Shown in pieces: positions 38,001 to 48,392 of a stretch of DNA of 64,000 nucleotides. Source of the stretch: Limisphaerales bacterium (GTDB taxonomy: Bacteria; Verrucomicrobiota; Verrucomicrobiia; Limisphaerales; SIBE01); NCBI GenBank assembly GCA_044225505.1, contig JBGAIN010000004.1, positions 81,689 to 145,688 on the forward strand, given 5' to 3'. The translations under genes and the position numbers were made by a program. Positions within the stretch are counted from its first letter, which is position 1. Every line of letters starts with the position of its first letter. Under the pieces are notes generated by a model. It saw nothing but the letters and a program-made list of their open reading frames with translations. It did no database searches and was not told the DNA's origin.

Positions 38001-38849
38001 TTCTCCATGGAGAACCTCGAGAACCGTCTCGTGATAACTGGGCGCCATAAAGGGCGGCCGGCCTGTCAGGAGAAAGTAGAGCACCGCTCCCAGGGAATAA
38101 ATGTCACTGGCCGGCGTGAACTGTTCCGGTTCCATGCGCGCTTGTTCTGGCGGCATGAAGCCGGGTGTTCCCAGAGCGTCGCCCGTGTGCGTAATCTCGG
38201 TGTCCCCTTGCGAGGCGCGCGACAAGCCAAAGTCCGCCACGAGAGGACGTCCGGAATTATCGATCAGGACGTTGGCCGGGTGCAGGTCTCGGTGAATGAT
38301 TCCCATCTCATGGGCATGGTGCACGGCCTGCGCTAAGTCCCGGACCAAACGGGCAGCTTCGCTCGGCAGGATCGGTTTTCTCCGCGCCAGATCGTCAAGC
38401 GTTTGGCTGTCGATCCACTCCATGGCCAGGAACGGTTGGCCTTCACATTCTCCCACTTCCTTGAGCGTCACGATGCCTGGATGATGCAGCCGGCCGATCG
38501 CCTCGGCCTCGCGAGCAAAGCGTTCGCGCTGTTTCACCGAAGCAAATCGCCCCTGCAGCAGTATCTTCAACGCCACGATCTCGCCGGTTCGCGTGTCCCG
38601 GGCTCGAAAGACAGCTCCGGTCGCGCCTCGGCCTCTCTCCCCGAGCAGTTCGTAGCGTCCGAAACTGAGCGCAAAAGCAGGCTCGGCTTCGGCCTCCGTC
38701 CAATGGTGGGAAACGAAAGCGGATTGGGCGAGGCAATGCGGACAGAGCCCGTGCGGAGCATCCTTCGGCACAAACCGATCGCAGCTTGGGCACGCGCCCG
38801 CTTCGTGGGCGGGTTCGCCAGCGGTATTCGTTCCTTCACGCATGAGCAC
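35094..38849 (-). CDS. Hanks-type Ser/Thr kinase with TM helix and extensive WD40 repeats
   Basis: N-terminal CPSC..CPHC, GRGATG, VALK, HRDLHPAN, DFG, GTPGFMPPEQ, one TM, then many (F/Y)SPDG...W repeats. Confidence 0.92.
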   Translation of the reverse strand: MLMREGTNTAGEPAHEAGACPSCDRFVPKDAPHGLCPHCLAQSAFVSHHWTEAEAEPAFALSFGRYELLGERGRGATGAVFRARDTRTGEIVALKILLQGRFASVKQRERFAREAEAIGRLHHPGIVTLKEVGECEGQPFLAMEWIDSQTLDDLARRKPILPSEAARLVRDLAQAVHHAHEMGIIHRDLHPANVLIDNSGRPLVADFGLSRASQGDTEITHTGDALGTPGFMPPEQARMEPEQFTPASDIYSLGAVLYFLLTGRPPFMAPSYHETVLEVLHGEPVLPTRFNSRVPPALEAVCLQCMEKNPQRRYATAQELANDLDRYLRSERVHARPVSRWRIAWRWCRRRPLLAALWIGLILSLGVGIAGVSWQWRLATEALRVTAAANTAAQEAKGRLLESVSRLRMERVEEMLGEDQTASALTLLGLELRASPSNRVATERTLSLLDRRTFFLPKAARLALGDKVNNTTFSARGDLVGVAGYDGVARVLNLGLRQPVGLPIRSSNAFYSVALSPDGSRAAAGTTAGEVHIWDVATGRETSAVLRHPGNAVGLSFSPDGSRLLVAWSGYDTAKKDIYGMDLWEIDTGRRVFPTLRSNSYIWRGVFSRDGRRVVAVSTARVLEIRDSETGHAILPPLGTEGGVHQVAFSSDGNRLAAADYGGCVRAWNALTGEKLGEIRHAKSAVWVEFSSDADRFVTASEDHTAVVFNLRTGKSLGAPMRHNGVVWCARYSPDSAQIATAAADGTVQYWDAESGRPIGEPLRHETPVLQAQFTEQGRALITVTKDHHIHRWETPSSVFRRPDPRFEVEPPVIAVGVDNTGARRIAVTATNRLQILDGRGATVRTLLERWPHRLVAAWFSPNGRHALTRDSENQVELWSGETARPLGEPIGMGNDALPPIFSPDGARFVVMLNDTTLRAFESETGQPAGPPLPFLEGHLIHSRAFSPDGNRLAVGYYHGETFVWNLAKGTFDRCPAALLSHDLSTAFSPDGTLIAGGSTTGEVVVWQATNPTVQAGPFPHPQTIRKVSFAPEGKTLLTIAADNGARLWDYRKGVLKTPVLPHPGELTYDEFSPDGKRLLTLVGDRTLFIWDTSTGRALVDSLEVPAAVLMVHFDPSGDRVVVVARSGWVRVCDSATGLPVNDLARQATPLTAADMSQNRQWLVTADQTGNVALTEFRAASGPAPEWLAELAEALAGRRRLEDGTIQIVSTEALWELRQRLASIPGTGFSATWARDFSATPKPRAGRPSLP

Positions 38850-38924
38850 TTAACTGGATCTATGCAACCGAGGCGCGAAAGTTACGCCACTGCATCGGTG
38901 CGCCAAGGAATTCAGGCGACTCCG

Positions 38925-39683
38925 TCACCCGATCAAAACTTTCAAGACATGCCGCAGCTCCTCGTCCACCTCGGATGGGGACAGGACCGTCGCCGCAATC
39001 TCCTCGCGCACCAGCGTGCGGTACCGTTGACGCAACCGGTGCACCGCGGCCTTCACCGCGCCCTCGCTCATGCCAAACTCAGCCCCAATCTCCGCACAGG
39101 TCCCGACATCCTCTTCGCCCACGAGAAACTTCTTGAGCCGGACAAACAGGTGGGGATTCGCGCGGGCTGCCACCTCCGTTTCCAGCCGGTCTAACGCGCG
39201 TTCCAATCGTTGCAGCGCCCAGCGCCGCTCGAATAAAACGTCGGGCGTTTCCAAATCAGCGGGCTCCAGCTGGTAGAGCGACTCAGCCCCATCGTCGTCC
39301 AGGGAAACCGTGATCTGGCCACCGCCTCGCTTTTGGGCCATTTGCCGTCGGCCTTGCATCGAGAGAAAGTTCTTGAACGAGGTCAACAACAAGGTGCGGA
39401 ACTTGCCACGGCGTGGCGTGGCTCCAGCAACCAGGTCGCCGCTCAGCAAGTGCACGAAAAAGCCTTGGGTCAGATCTCGGGCAGATTCTACTTCGCACCC
39501 AGAGCGTCGGGCGAACGCATAGAGGGGGTACCAGTAGAGCTCCGCGAGTCGATCCCAAGCGCGGTCGAAGTGCGGATGGCCAGGGTCAGCCGCCTGAAAT
39601 ATCTCCGCCCATTGCGTCGTACAGAACGAGTGGGATCGAGGTCGCCAACCAGGTTGAGGTTCATCGGCGTTGCGCATGCCCAA
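38925..39683 (-). CDS. ECF sigma-70 factor of the kinase-associated PVC type
   Basis: FCTTQW, LYWYPLYAFARR, DLTQGFF, GKFRTLL, KRGGG, region 4 MSEGAVKAAVHRLRQR. Directly upstream of the kinase. Confidence 0.9.
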   Translation of the reverse strand: MGMRNADEPQPGWRPRSHSFCTTQWAEIFQAADPGHPHFDRAWDRLAELYWYPLYAFARRSGCEVESARDLTQGFFVHLLSGDLVAGATPRRGKFRTLLLTSFKNFLSMQGRRQMAQKRGGGQITVSLDDDGAESLYQLEPADLETPDVLFERRWALQRLERALDRLETEVAARANPHLFVRLKKFLVGEEDVGTCAEIGAEFGMSEGAVKAAVHRLRQRYRTLVREEIAATVLSPSEVDEELRHVLKVLIG

Positions 39684-39868
39684 TTGGCGATATCAAAGTC
39701 GGCTCGCTGGTTGAGATGATCCTGGGGATCCCTCACTGCCATTCGTCGCTTCTCAACGGTGACCTAGCGTGCCGGTTTCGGTCTAATGGAAGGACAGCTC
39801 AGAGTCAATCCCACACCCCGTAACGCTGCTCCGTCACCGGGCTCCAGGCCAGTCGCAAACTCCGAGAA

Positions 39869-40276
39869 TTAGCTAGCGCTGCCCTTCCGATTCCCGGCTC
39901 CACGTCGACTCGACTTTCTGGTCGCCGCCTTCGCTTGATCCTGTTTAACTCTCAGCGTCACGATCTGCTCAATTAAGCCATAGGGAATCGGGCGGTCTAA
40001 GGGGAATTGAAGGTTGCCCTTCTCACCCGCGTAGGGCGCGACAGCCTTCTCCAGGCGCTCATCCCCTCTCACCGGTGGATAAAGGCCCAAGTGATGCTTC
40101 CAAGCTGCGAAATATATTAAAACCCCGTGAAGTTTAAACGCCGGCATCTGGTAACTGATCGTCTCCCTGGCACCCGGCGCCGCCCGTTGAACGGTGCGCC
40201 GAATCCTTTGAAGAATCGCCTGAACGTCAGGTGGAAAGGCCGAAATGTATTCGTCGATCGTCTTAGGCTTATTCAT
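39869..40276 (-). CDS. DUF1801 (YdhG-like) protein
   Basis: TIDEYI, ETISYQMPAF, YFAAWKHHLGLYP, KGNLQFPLDRPIP. Confidence 0.85.
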   Translation of the reverse strand: MNKPKTIDEYISAFPPDVQAILQRIRRTVQRAAPGARETISYQMPAFKLHGVLIYFAAWKHHLGLYPPVRGDERLEKAVAPYAGEKGNLQFPLDRPIPYGLIEQIVTLRVKQDQAKAATRKSSRRGAGNRKGSAS

Positions 40277-40525
40277 TTTGTTTTCACGTGCAGACTTTGG
40301 AGGAGCTGTCGCTTGGCCTCAACCCCAACTTATGGGATCTCGGAACCAAGCCCAACCTCAATGGTGACCGGGGGTAGCAAGTCCTGAGCGGACGGCGGCG
40401 GGAACAGGCTGGGTAAGCCAATTCTCGATTGGAGTCTCACGATCTGCCACTGGCATCGCCGCCAAGCGGTGGTGCGCTCGTCAACGACCGTGGTTCACCT
40501 TCACTGGGTTCGACAACTCGATCCC

Positions 40526-40867
40526 TCATTTACCCAAGACCTGATCCATCAACACGACACACGGCAGAAACAGAGCTAAGAGCACAGGGAAAAACACCAG
40601 GCAGAGTGCACTCATGGCGCAAGCGGCAAAGGCGGTGCCGCTCTGCGGCGCTACCTGGCGGCGCAACACGGCGGAAATGCCATACGCCGCCACTGGGATC
40701 GGCAAGAGCAGCAGCCAACCGCGTAGAGCCACCGCGAGCTTTGTGAACGCCGGAAGCGCTTGAGCACTCGACGTGGAAAGGGTTCCGAGGACCTGGAGCA
40801 CCGCCCAGAGCCCGAAGCATGCGAATAGAAATGTCAGTGTGACCAGAACATGCGTGAGTTTGTGCAT
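40526..40867 (-). CDS. Hypothetical three-TM membrane protein
   Basis: Three hydrophobic segments, with LPAFTKL after the first helix. Confidence 0.55.
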   Translation of the reverse strand: MHKLTHVLVTLTFLFACFGLWAVLQVLGTLSTSSAQALPAFTKLAVALRGWLLLLPIPVAAYGISAVLRRQVAPQSGTAFAACAMSALCLVFFPVLLALFLPCVVLMDQVLGK

Positions 40868-41161
40868 ATCTAAGTTCGATACCCTGAACCCCAAAACGTC
40901 ACGACCGCGTTGTCTGACAGCTGGATAGCGTGTTCGATCTCGGTGCGACCGCTCGGAAAAGCGGTTGAGGGCAACCGCACTCCAAAACCTGCCGGAGTTC
41001 GGTGGCTTAGTCCTTGCGCGGTAGCGTTTGACTGCGCCTCCGAATCATCCGCTGCTTACCTTCCACGCGTCCGCCCGGTATTCGAATCCAATAGCGCCCG
41101 GTGGAAAACAATGGCCCATTCATTGTGCCGGGTCTATCGAGAAAAAATGTTCGGGTAACCT

Positions 41162-42995
41162 ATGGCGAGGCATTCCAGAAACGATCAAGCAGGCATCGAA
41201 TTGCCCAAGGCGCGGCTCGACCGGGAGACGCTCCGTCAAGCCTTGGGCTTGTTTAATACGTGCGACCGTATCGCCGCCGATTCGTCGTGGCCCTGGGGCA
41301 TTATTTGCCTCCAGCCTTTTGAGTCTCACCTTCCTTACCCGGCAGGCAGCATGATCGATGCGGCTATCAATCCTCAGGTGCAAGCCGGAAGCTTCCTGCA
41401 GGTCAACTGGGTTGCGCTTATCCTGATTAGCGTGCTGGCGTTCGCTGGGTTTGCATTCTTCCATTCCCTGTCGTTTGCCACCGTCGGGCAAAGCCTGGTC
41501 GATCTGCGCCGTGACGTCACGCCCGATGATCACGTTACCGATGACCTTTTTTGCCCAACGACGGGTCGGAGAGCTCGCCAGCCGCTTATCTGCAGACCTG
41601 ATCCAGATTGAAGACGCGGTCACGGTGATTTTACCGCAGTTCTTGCGGCAAATCACCATGCTCTGCGGTGGCATCGTCTTGATTGCCATGACCTCACTCA
41701 AGCTGACTGCCTTGATGCTCGTCAGTCTGCCCGCCCTGACCGTGGTGGCCGTTGTCTTCGGCCGTAAAACCCGTCGCATCTCCCGAGATGCGCAGGATCG
41801 GCTCGCCGAAACCGCCACCACGGTCGAAGAGACGCTCCAGTCGATCGTGAACGTCAAGGCCTTCTCCAATGAGAATTATGAACTCAAACGTTACGACGCC
41901 GGCCTGCAAGCGTTTCTGAATGTTACCTTACGGGGAGCGCGGCTTCGGGCCGGGTTCATCGCCTTCATCATTTTCGCCCTGTTCGGCTCGATCGTGCTTG
42001 TGCTCTGGTCTGGAGCCCGCCTCTTGCAGCAGGGCGAGATCACCCACGGGCAGCTGACCCGATTCATCCTCTACACGACGTTTGTCGCCGGGGCCATGGG
42101 CCAGTTTGCCGAGCTTTATAGCCAGGTCCAAAAGACGGTCGGCTCGACCCAACGCGTCCGCGAACTGCTCCGTGAAACCGGCGAAGTGGACGCCACGCTC
42201 GCCCCTTCCCTGGTCCCGGCGCCCAACTTACGCGGAGAGATCGTGTTCGAAAACGTCCACTTCCGCTATCCGTCTCGGCCCGAAATCGAAGTGCTGCATG
42301 GGATCAGTCTGCGGGCCGCTCCGGGCGAACGAGTGGCCCTCGTCGGCCCGAGTGGGGCCGGAAAATCGACGGTGATCTCCTTGCTGCTCAGGCTCTACGC
42401 GCCCGAATCCGGACGCATCCTGCTCGACGGACGAGATGCCGCGGATCTGCCGCTAGCCGAACTGCGCGGGCACATGGCGATCGTGCCGCAGGAAGTGATC
42501 CTATTCGGTGGCTCCATCGCCGAGAATATCGCCTATGGCAAACCGGGCGCCAGCCTCGGAGCGATCGAAAAGGCTGCACGCCAGGCGCATGCTCACGAAT
42601 TCATCGAATCATTCCCGGAAGGCTACAAAACCTTGGTGGGCGAGAGAGGCATCAAGCTCTCGGGCGGACAGCGCCAAAGAATCGCCATTGCCCGGGCCAT
42701 TTTGAAAGATCCCGCCGTTCTCATTCTCGACGAAGCCACCAGTTCTCTCGATTCCGAGAGCGAGCGCCTGATCCAAGAAGCGCTCGAGACGCTCATGCGC
42801 AACCGCACGTCCTTCATTATTGCCCATCGTCTCGCAACCATCCGCCACGCCGATCAGATCATTGTGATCGATCACGGACGGGTCGTGGAACGGGGAACCC
42901 ATGCGGAACTACAAGCGATCCCGGACGGCGTCTATCGCCGTCTGGCGGAACTCCAGTTTCGAGATGGCACCGCCCTCGCCGCCGCCGGAGAATGA
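41162..42995 (+). pseudogene. MsbA-like ABC exporter (TMD + NBD), frameshifted in the 5' part
   Basis: ORF 41451..42995 has GPSGAGKST, LSGGQRQR, ILDEATS, IAHRL. N-terminal TM residues sit in ORF 41162..41611, with frame changes near 41250-41340 and 41520. Confidence 0.8.
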
Positions 42996-43380
42996 ACGAC
43001 GGATCTCTTCCGTCGGGCGTATCTTTGAAGCGAACGGAGGTCCGTTCGCTCCGCCGGAAGGCTTTGCTCAGCCCCAACCGCTGGGGACCTCAACCGTCGA
43101 TCGGCACCGGTAAATGTCTCACACTCGGGAGATTTATTGGCACCAGAGTAAGCGTCGGTCCATTTCCATGGGTCCTGGCGGGTCTTCCGCTCATCCGCGC
43201 GGGTTTCACGCCTCTTCCTTCGCTCTTCTGCCGCTGGTAACCCACTGGCAGTGGGTTACCAGTGGGTGACCACCGAATGAAGAGCGGCAGAGGAGCTGCG
43301 AAAGAGCGCCTCACTCGGCGGCTCCTCGCTGTTTTTCGCGGGATAGAAGCTGTTCCCTCCGTTCTGGAACAGGCGTTTGG

Positions 43381-43604
43381 CGTCCCGGCAGGGACGCCGT
43401 GGCATTAACTGGCTCCGGCACTTCCAGTGCCGGGAATCCGCGCGCAGAGTTCAAAGTCCCGACGGGACGGCTGAACCTCTCCGAACTCACCAGAAGCAAC
43501 GTGTTTTCGGAAGGTCGGTCGCCCCTTTCGGGGCTAAACGTCATGGGGCGCTGGGTCTCAGCGCTAAAGCGTCCGAGCTATTCTCATTCATGCCTCCGGC
43601 ATGG
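43381..43604. repeat. REP/BIME-like multi-hairpin intergenic element
   Basis: Hairpins CGTCCC-GGCA-GGGACG, CCGGCACT-TCC-AGTGCCGG, GTCCC-GAC-GGGAC, GCCCC-TTTC-GGGGC. Colinear with the element at 50395-50640. Confidence 0.65.
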
Positions 43605-43765
43605 CTGTCGTGGCTAGGATAAGCCGGGCAAGACACAAACCCTCTGGAGGGATTGCCCAGGGATTTCGTAAGTCGCGTCTCTGCGGAGGTTTATAAAATC
43701 GAGAGCAATTTGCTCTTAGCCTGGTCTTCTCAACTCGTGCGCCCCGGCGAGAGGATTGATCGCGA

Positions 43766-44029
43766 TTAGCGCGCGAAGGTCCACCACGCAGCCAGCACCG
43801 CCATGCCAATAAACGCAAAGGCGGTCATGCAACTCCCGGGCTTTCGGGTGGAGAATCTTTCCGGGGACGCCATGCGCAAGGCCGCTTCCAATTCATCGAT
43901 CGCGTCTTTGGCATCTTTGAGTGCTCCGCCAGTCGACTGGCGGTAGATCTTAATGGCTTCGATCTTGCGGCCGGCAAATAGTGCTTCTTTGATCGCCGCC
44001 AATTGTTCATCGGGAACGGAGCTGTTCAT
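43766..44029 (-). CDS. Small protein with a ribosomal L7/L12 C-terminal-like domain and C-terminal TM (not rplL)
   Basis: GRKIEAIKIYRQSTGGALKDAKDAID followed by a hydrophobic tail. Confidence 0.7.
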   Translation of the reverse strand: MNSSVPDEQLAAIKEALFAGRKIEAIKIYRQSTGGALKDAKDAIDELEAALRMASPERFSTRKPGSCMTAFAFIGMAVLAAWWTFAR

Positions 44030-44251
44030 GGACACAAGGATTCTTCCGGAACGCTGCGCGTGGACCCGCTGGCAAGCAAGCTGGAAAAAGACTGGTGGTC
44101 GCGCTCTGCGCGAAATGCGATTTACAAAAAGTCAGAAAAAATCAGTCTCAACTCTCTGGAAATAACCGCCTGGCTGTGAGTCGGTGAATTTTACAACTCA
44201 GTGCGTTTCTTCACCTGGACGGTTTGAATCTGTTTGATTACACCATGGGAG

Positions 44252-45148
44252 ATGAGTCGCGCGAATCCGTTTGCAGATGAAGCTGGGCGCCGAGATCGGC
44301 GTGGCGCTGGGGCTTGGATTGGTTGGGTAATGGCTTTATTGTCGCGGGGGCAGCTGGCGCAGCAGTTTATTACTGGCGGGCCGCGGAAGAGCGAGCCCGC
44401 CAATTAGAATCCTCGAGGCAGACCTTGGAAGAGGCGGGAGCGAACTCACCAACACCCTGGAAGAAACCAAGGCGGCCCTAGCCAAGACTCAAAGCGAGGT
44501 GCAGCAGGGCAAAGAGCAAATCGCGGCCTTAAAATCGAAGTTGAATGACCTGGAAAATGAAAAGACGGCGGTTCACCAGGCCGCGAAACAACTCGAGAAT
44601 CAAATGCGGGCGGATTTGGAATCGCGGGATGTAACGATATCGAAACTCCAGGGCAAGCTGACGGTGAACATCGTGGACAGGGTGATGTTCAATTCTGGGG
44701 AAGCGGTTTTTAAAGCGGGATGGCGAAGTATATATTGCGAAAAATCGCGACCATTCTTTCAGAGCATCCGGAACTAAAGATTCATGTCATTGGACACACC
44801 GATAACGGTCAATCCGGAGTCGGTTTCTAAGCAATTGGGAGCCTTCGACTGCCCGAGCCCTGGCTGCGGTGCACTTTCTGACGGAGCAGGCAGGAGTTGC
44901 GCCGGAACGTGTCGGGGCGCTGGGCTACGGAGAGTATCGCCCGACTGCGGACAACGCACGACCGCGGAAGGGCGCGCCAAGATCGGCGCATTGCGATCAC
45001 GTTATTGCCCGAAGAACTGGCTGGAGCGGACGCTCCTCCCGCCGGGCAAACCAATTCGGTGACCGCCGTTCCACTTCCGCCCCAGGCGCCCATCGTGTCC
45101 CGGCCGACCGCGGAAACTAACCGCGTGCCGGCAGCTGTGGACGAGTGA
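44252..45148 (+). pseudogene. OmpA/MotB-family peptidoglycan-binding protein, multiple frameshifts
   Basis: Fragments: coiled coil, KLTVNIVDRVMFNSGEA, HVIGHTDN, SNWE, ALGYGEYRP.ADN, RRIAITLLP, spread over several frames. Confidence 0.75.
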
Positions 45149-45221
45149 GACGCTGACCGGCGGGACTTCGAGGAGAATGTTTGGTGGTGTCGCAGCCACC
45201 GCTTCGTCGCAGACGATACGA

Positions 45222-45723
45222 TTAAAACCCAGAAAACTCGGGCTGGTAACGAACGACTCCATGCAAGCCTTCCAGGATCCCAGCCTGCAGCTCCAGCACC
45301 ATGAATCCCTCATCGGGAACCATGAATTCGCAGCGCAGCCCCACGCGTCTGGCTTCGATAAAGCCAAAGCGCTTGTAGTACTGGGGAGGTCCCACCACGA
45401 CGATGGCTTGTAGCCTTCCGTGCGCGCGTCCGCGATGGCCCGTTTGATCAAACTCGATCCAATACCCCGCGCCTGGGTGGAGATTTCTGGCCACCGGCCA
45501 ACGCAACCATGCGAAGCCCCGGAACCGTCGGCATCAAAGTGACTTGGGTGAGCACGACGTGAGCCACGATTTCCCCGTCCAACTCAGCTACGGTCGAGAT
45601 TACGACCTGCCAGTGTCGGCGAAGGACATCCACGAGATTAGCTTCTGCCGTCCGCCCGAATGCGTCGGTATTGACCCGGCGGATCCCAGCTGCATCTAAC
45701 AAACCGCCCGTCTAAACTCCACG
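45222..45723 (-). pseudogene. YhbS-like GNAT N-acetyltransferase, frameshifted
   Basis: IRRVNTDAFGRTAEANLVD, VAELDGEIVAHV, and in another frame VVVGPPQYYKRFGF...FMVLEL...GVVRYQPEF. Confidence 0.75.
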
Positions 45724-45952
45724 GCAGCTTTTGCTTGGCTCAGTCTGACATGCCGCCAAGCTTTGGCGAGCCTCCCCCACTGGCTTGACATTCCTTGGCA
45801 GAAATAAGACTTCCGTTGCTAAGGGAAAGAGAATCGGGGCGCCGCAAGATTTCACTGGTGCCACCTAATCGTGCCGTTACTCTAGGCTTAGCCAGTCCGA
45901 TGACTAAGGATTATGGAGCTACCAGCGCAATTAAACCTGGGCATTACTGTCT

Positions 45953-46645
45953 ATGCGTATGAAGTCAATAGCGGCCGGCCGCTTCGAAAAGGCGATAACA
46001 CTCTCGGCGGCTTGCGTTGCGCTGCAAGTCGTGCCAGCCCTGGCCCAATCCCCTGCGCCAAACCTCGCCTTCACCATCGAACGACTGCAAGGTGGACCGG
46101 CGTTTGTCTCGGTTTCGAATAGCAAGGCCGTCGGTTTGGTTCGCATCGAAGCTTCAACCGATCTGAAAGCGTGGCAACTCCTTTGGGCAGCCGAGACGAC
46201 CGAACGCAGCCTTCGCCTGGAGATCCCCAACTCGACACAGGGCTTCTATCGGGCCCAGTTCGTGACCAACGCTTTGTCCGAACAACTGGCTCCGTGGAAA
46301 CGGCAATTGCCTCAGCGCTACGCGTATCGAATGACTCGAATGTGCTTCTGCAAGCCGTTCCTGAGAGCAGGAACGGTGCTGGTGGAGAGCGGCCAAGTCA
46401 TCGGCGTTACGGATGTCGAACAAGACGGCACACCGGAAACGCCGAGCGCTGCGGACCTCGAAGCATTCCGAAGTGTGGAGCAACTGATCGATTCCGTGGA
46501 AGCGGCCGAGGCTAGAGGTGCAGACACTATTCTGACACGATTCGACGAAAGTTCTGGGTTTCCCAATCGGATTGAGTTCGACAACATCGCGCTCGCTGTC
46601 GATGACGAGGTTACTTATTTGCTCGAGGACATTCGCGCGAATTAA
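45953..46645 (+). CDS. Secreted protein: N-terminal GFYR module plus DUF6174-like domain
   Basis: Signal peptide, EASTDLKAW...GFYRAQ, then W...YAYRMTRMCFC...FD..SGFP..I..D....DDE..Y. Confidence 0.7.
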   Translation: MRMKSIAAGRFEKAITLSAACVALQVVPALAQSPAPNLAFTIERLQGGPAFVSVSNSKAVGLVRIEASTDLKAWQLLWAAETTERSLRLEIPNSTQGFYRAQFVTNALSEQLAPWKRQLPQRYAYRMTRMCFCKPFLRAGTVLVESGQVIGVTDVEQDGTPETPSAADLEAFRSVEQLIDSVEAAEARGADTILTRFDESSGFPNRIEFDNIALAVDDEVTYLLEDIRAN

Positions 46646-47061
46646 TTGATTGTGGCGAATCTGCGCCAGGTCTGAGCAAACCCAACTCTGAAAACGATGA
46701 AGGCGGCTTCATCTCTCGCCTGATGGCGGAAGGAAGTCGCCTTCGTCTCCTACTGCGTCGAGTTTTTTTATTTCTCTAGCAGCACACTAAACATAGCCTC
46801 CTCTGGAACGGAGACAATCCGGTTTCGACCCGAAAAAGATATCAGGCCAAGCCCGATGCGTCTCCCCCCTTGCTCGGGGTTTCGTTAAATTCCATCGCAT
46901 CGCCAGCAACGGCTCTGCCGCGACTGCATTCCGCGACGGCCGCGCCTCCTGGCTGACGCATCGGACTGGCGTTGGTCCTGGAAAACCCTTAGCTCCAAGC
47001 CGTCACCATAATTCTAGTTGGCCATTGGCAATGCTCAATCACGTGAAAACTGAGAACTGTT

Positions 47062-48392
47062 ATGGGGTCAAGGCATTACTGCACCTGACTGCGCTGAGGA
47101 AGCCGCCGCCTCGTCCGCCCTGCGAAATCGGGTAGCCATGGATTTGGGATGGGCCAACCCGATGCCTTTGACCGCGCTCTCGCCGCGCGAGTGGACGATT
47201 TGCGAAGCGTAAAAATTCGCGCGGCCTGGTCGCTCCGATCTCGGGCTGTCCTGGAGGCAGATCGGGTCGGAGATCGATTCCTTTGGCTCAACTGGCACTT
47301 CTCGCGCCTCGATAGGCGCCAGCATACCGAAGGGCTGGCCCACTACATCCCGATGAACTTTGGAGAAGCGCCCGACCTGTATCGACGCTTTCTCGATCCC
47401 GTGGATGTGGCCGTGATCAAGTGTTGCCCACGGGACAGCCGCGGTTACTACAACTTCAGCGGGGCGTGCACTTATCATGCGGCGATGTTGGAGCGCGCTC
47501 GAAAAGTCGTCATTGAGGTTGACCCGTTGCTCCCTTATGTCCACGGCCCTGAAAATGGCATTCACGAGTCTAACGTGGATTATGTCATTCCAACGCAGGG
47601 TCTGGGACCACCAGAGATCGCCAACCCGCCCCCTTTTGAAATTGATCGCCGACTCGCCGGCTATATTGCTGCCGAGATTGCGGATGGGGCTTGCTTGCAA
47701 ATTGGAATTGGAGTTGCTGTGCCGAACGCAGTGTGCGGATTGCTGCGAGAAGCTGGCCTTCGCGACCTTGGCATTCACACGGAGATGATGGTCGATGGGC
47801 TGGTGGACCTTTGCCAAGCTGGGTTGGTGACCGGCGCTCGCAAGCAGGTCGATCGCGGCCGGATCGTATTCACGTTCGCGGGCGGCTCCAGCGAGACAAT
47901 GCCGATTCATCCACGACAATCCCGTCGTCGCAGCGCAGCCGTCGATCAAACCAATCTTCCTGACCGAATCATGGCCAACGATGGAATGGTCTCGGTAAAC
48001 AGTACCACCCAGATTGACCTGCAAGGGCAAGCAGCGTCCGAGAGCGCTGGGCATCGGCATGTCAGCGGAACAGGCGGGCAACTGCAGAATTTGTGCGGGG
48101 CGCGTATGCTTCCCGCGGCGGCAAATCGTTCATTTGTCTGGCGTCAACTCGGACGCGGGCGGACGGGACCGTCGAAAGCCGCATCGTGCCCGAGCTCACC
48201 CCGGGAAACATCGTCACCACTCCTCGCACCGACGTCATGTTTGTCGTGACCGAGTGGGGGTTGGTAAACCTCAAAGGCCGGTCGGTGCCGGAACGAGTCC
48301 GGGCTTTGATCTCGATCGCGCATCCGGACTTTCGGGAATCCTTGTCACGACAAGCACGAGACCGAGGCTGGGCGCCGGCCCATTTTCTGTAG
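47062..48392 (+). pseudogene. Acetyl-CoA hydrolase/4-hydroxybutyrate CoA-transferase family, frameshifted
   Basis: [37 protein letters not shown], then in another frame [14 protein letters not shown]...VVTEWG..NLKG.S..ERV.ALI.IAHPDFR. Confidence 0.8.

Noticed and set aside
43766..44029. Ribosomal protein gene rplL
   Set aside because: Only the C-terminal-like motif is present, with a TM tail and no rplJ/rpoB context.
44252..45148. Flagellar stator motB or T6SS tssL
   Set aside because: No motA, flagellar or T6SS genes nearby. Only a generic OmpA/MotB C-terminal domain is supported.
46670..46760. c-di-GMP or other known riboswitch
   Set aside because: GCAAAC is present but the rest of the conserved P1/P2 pattern is not.
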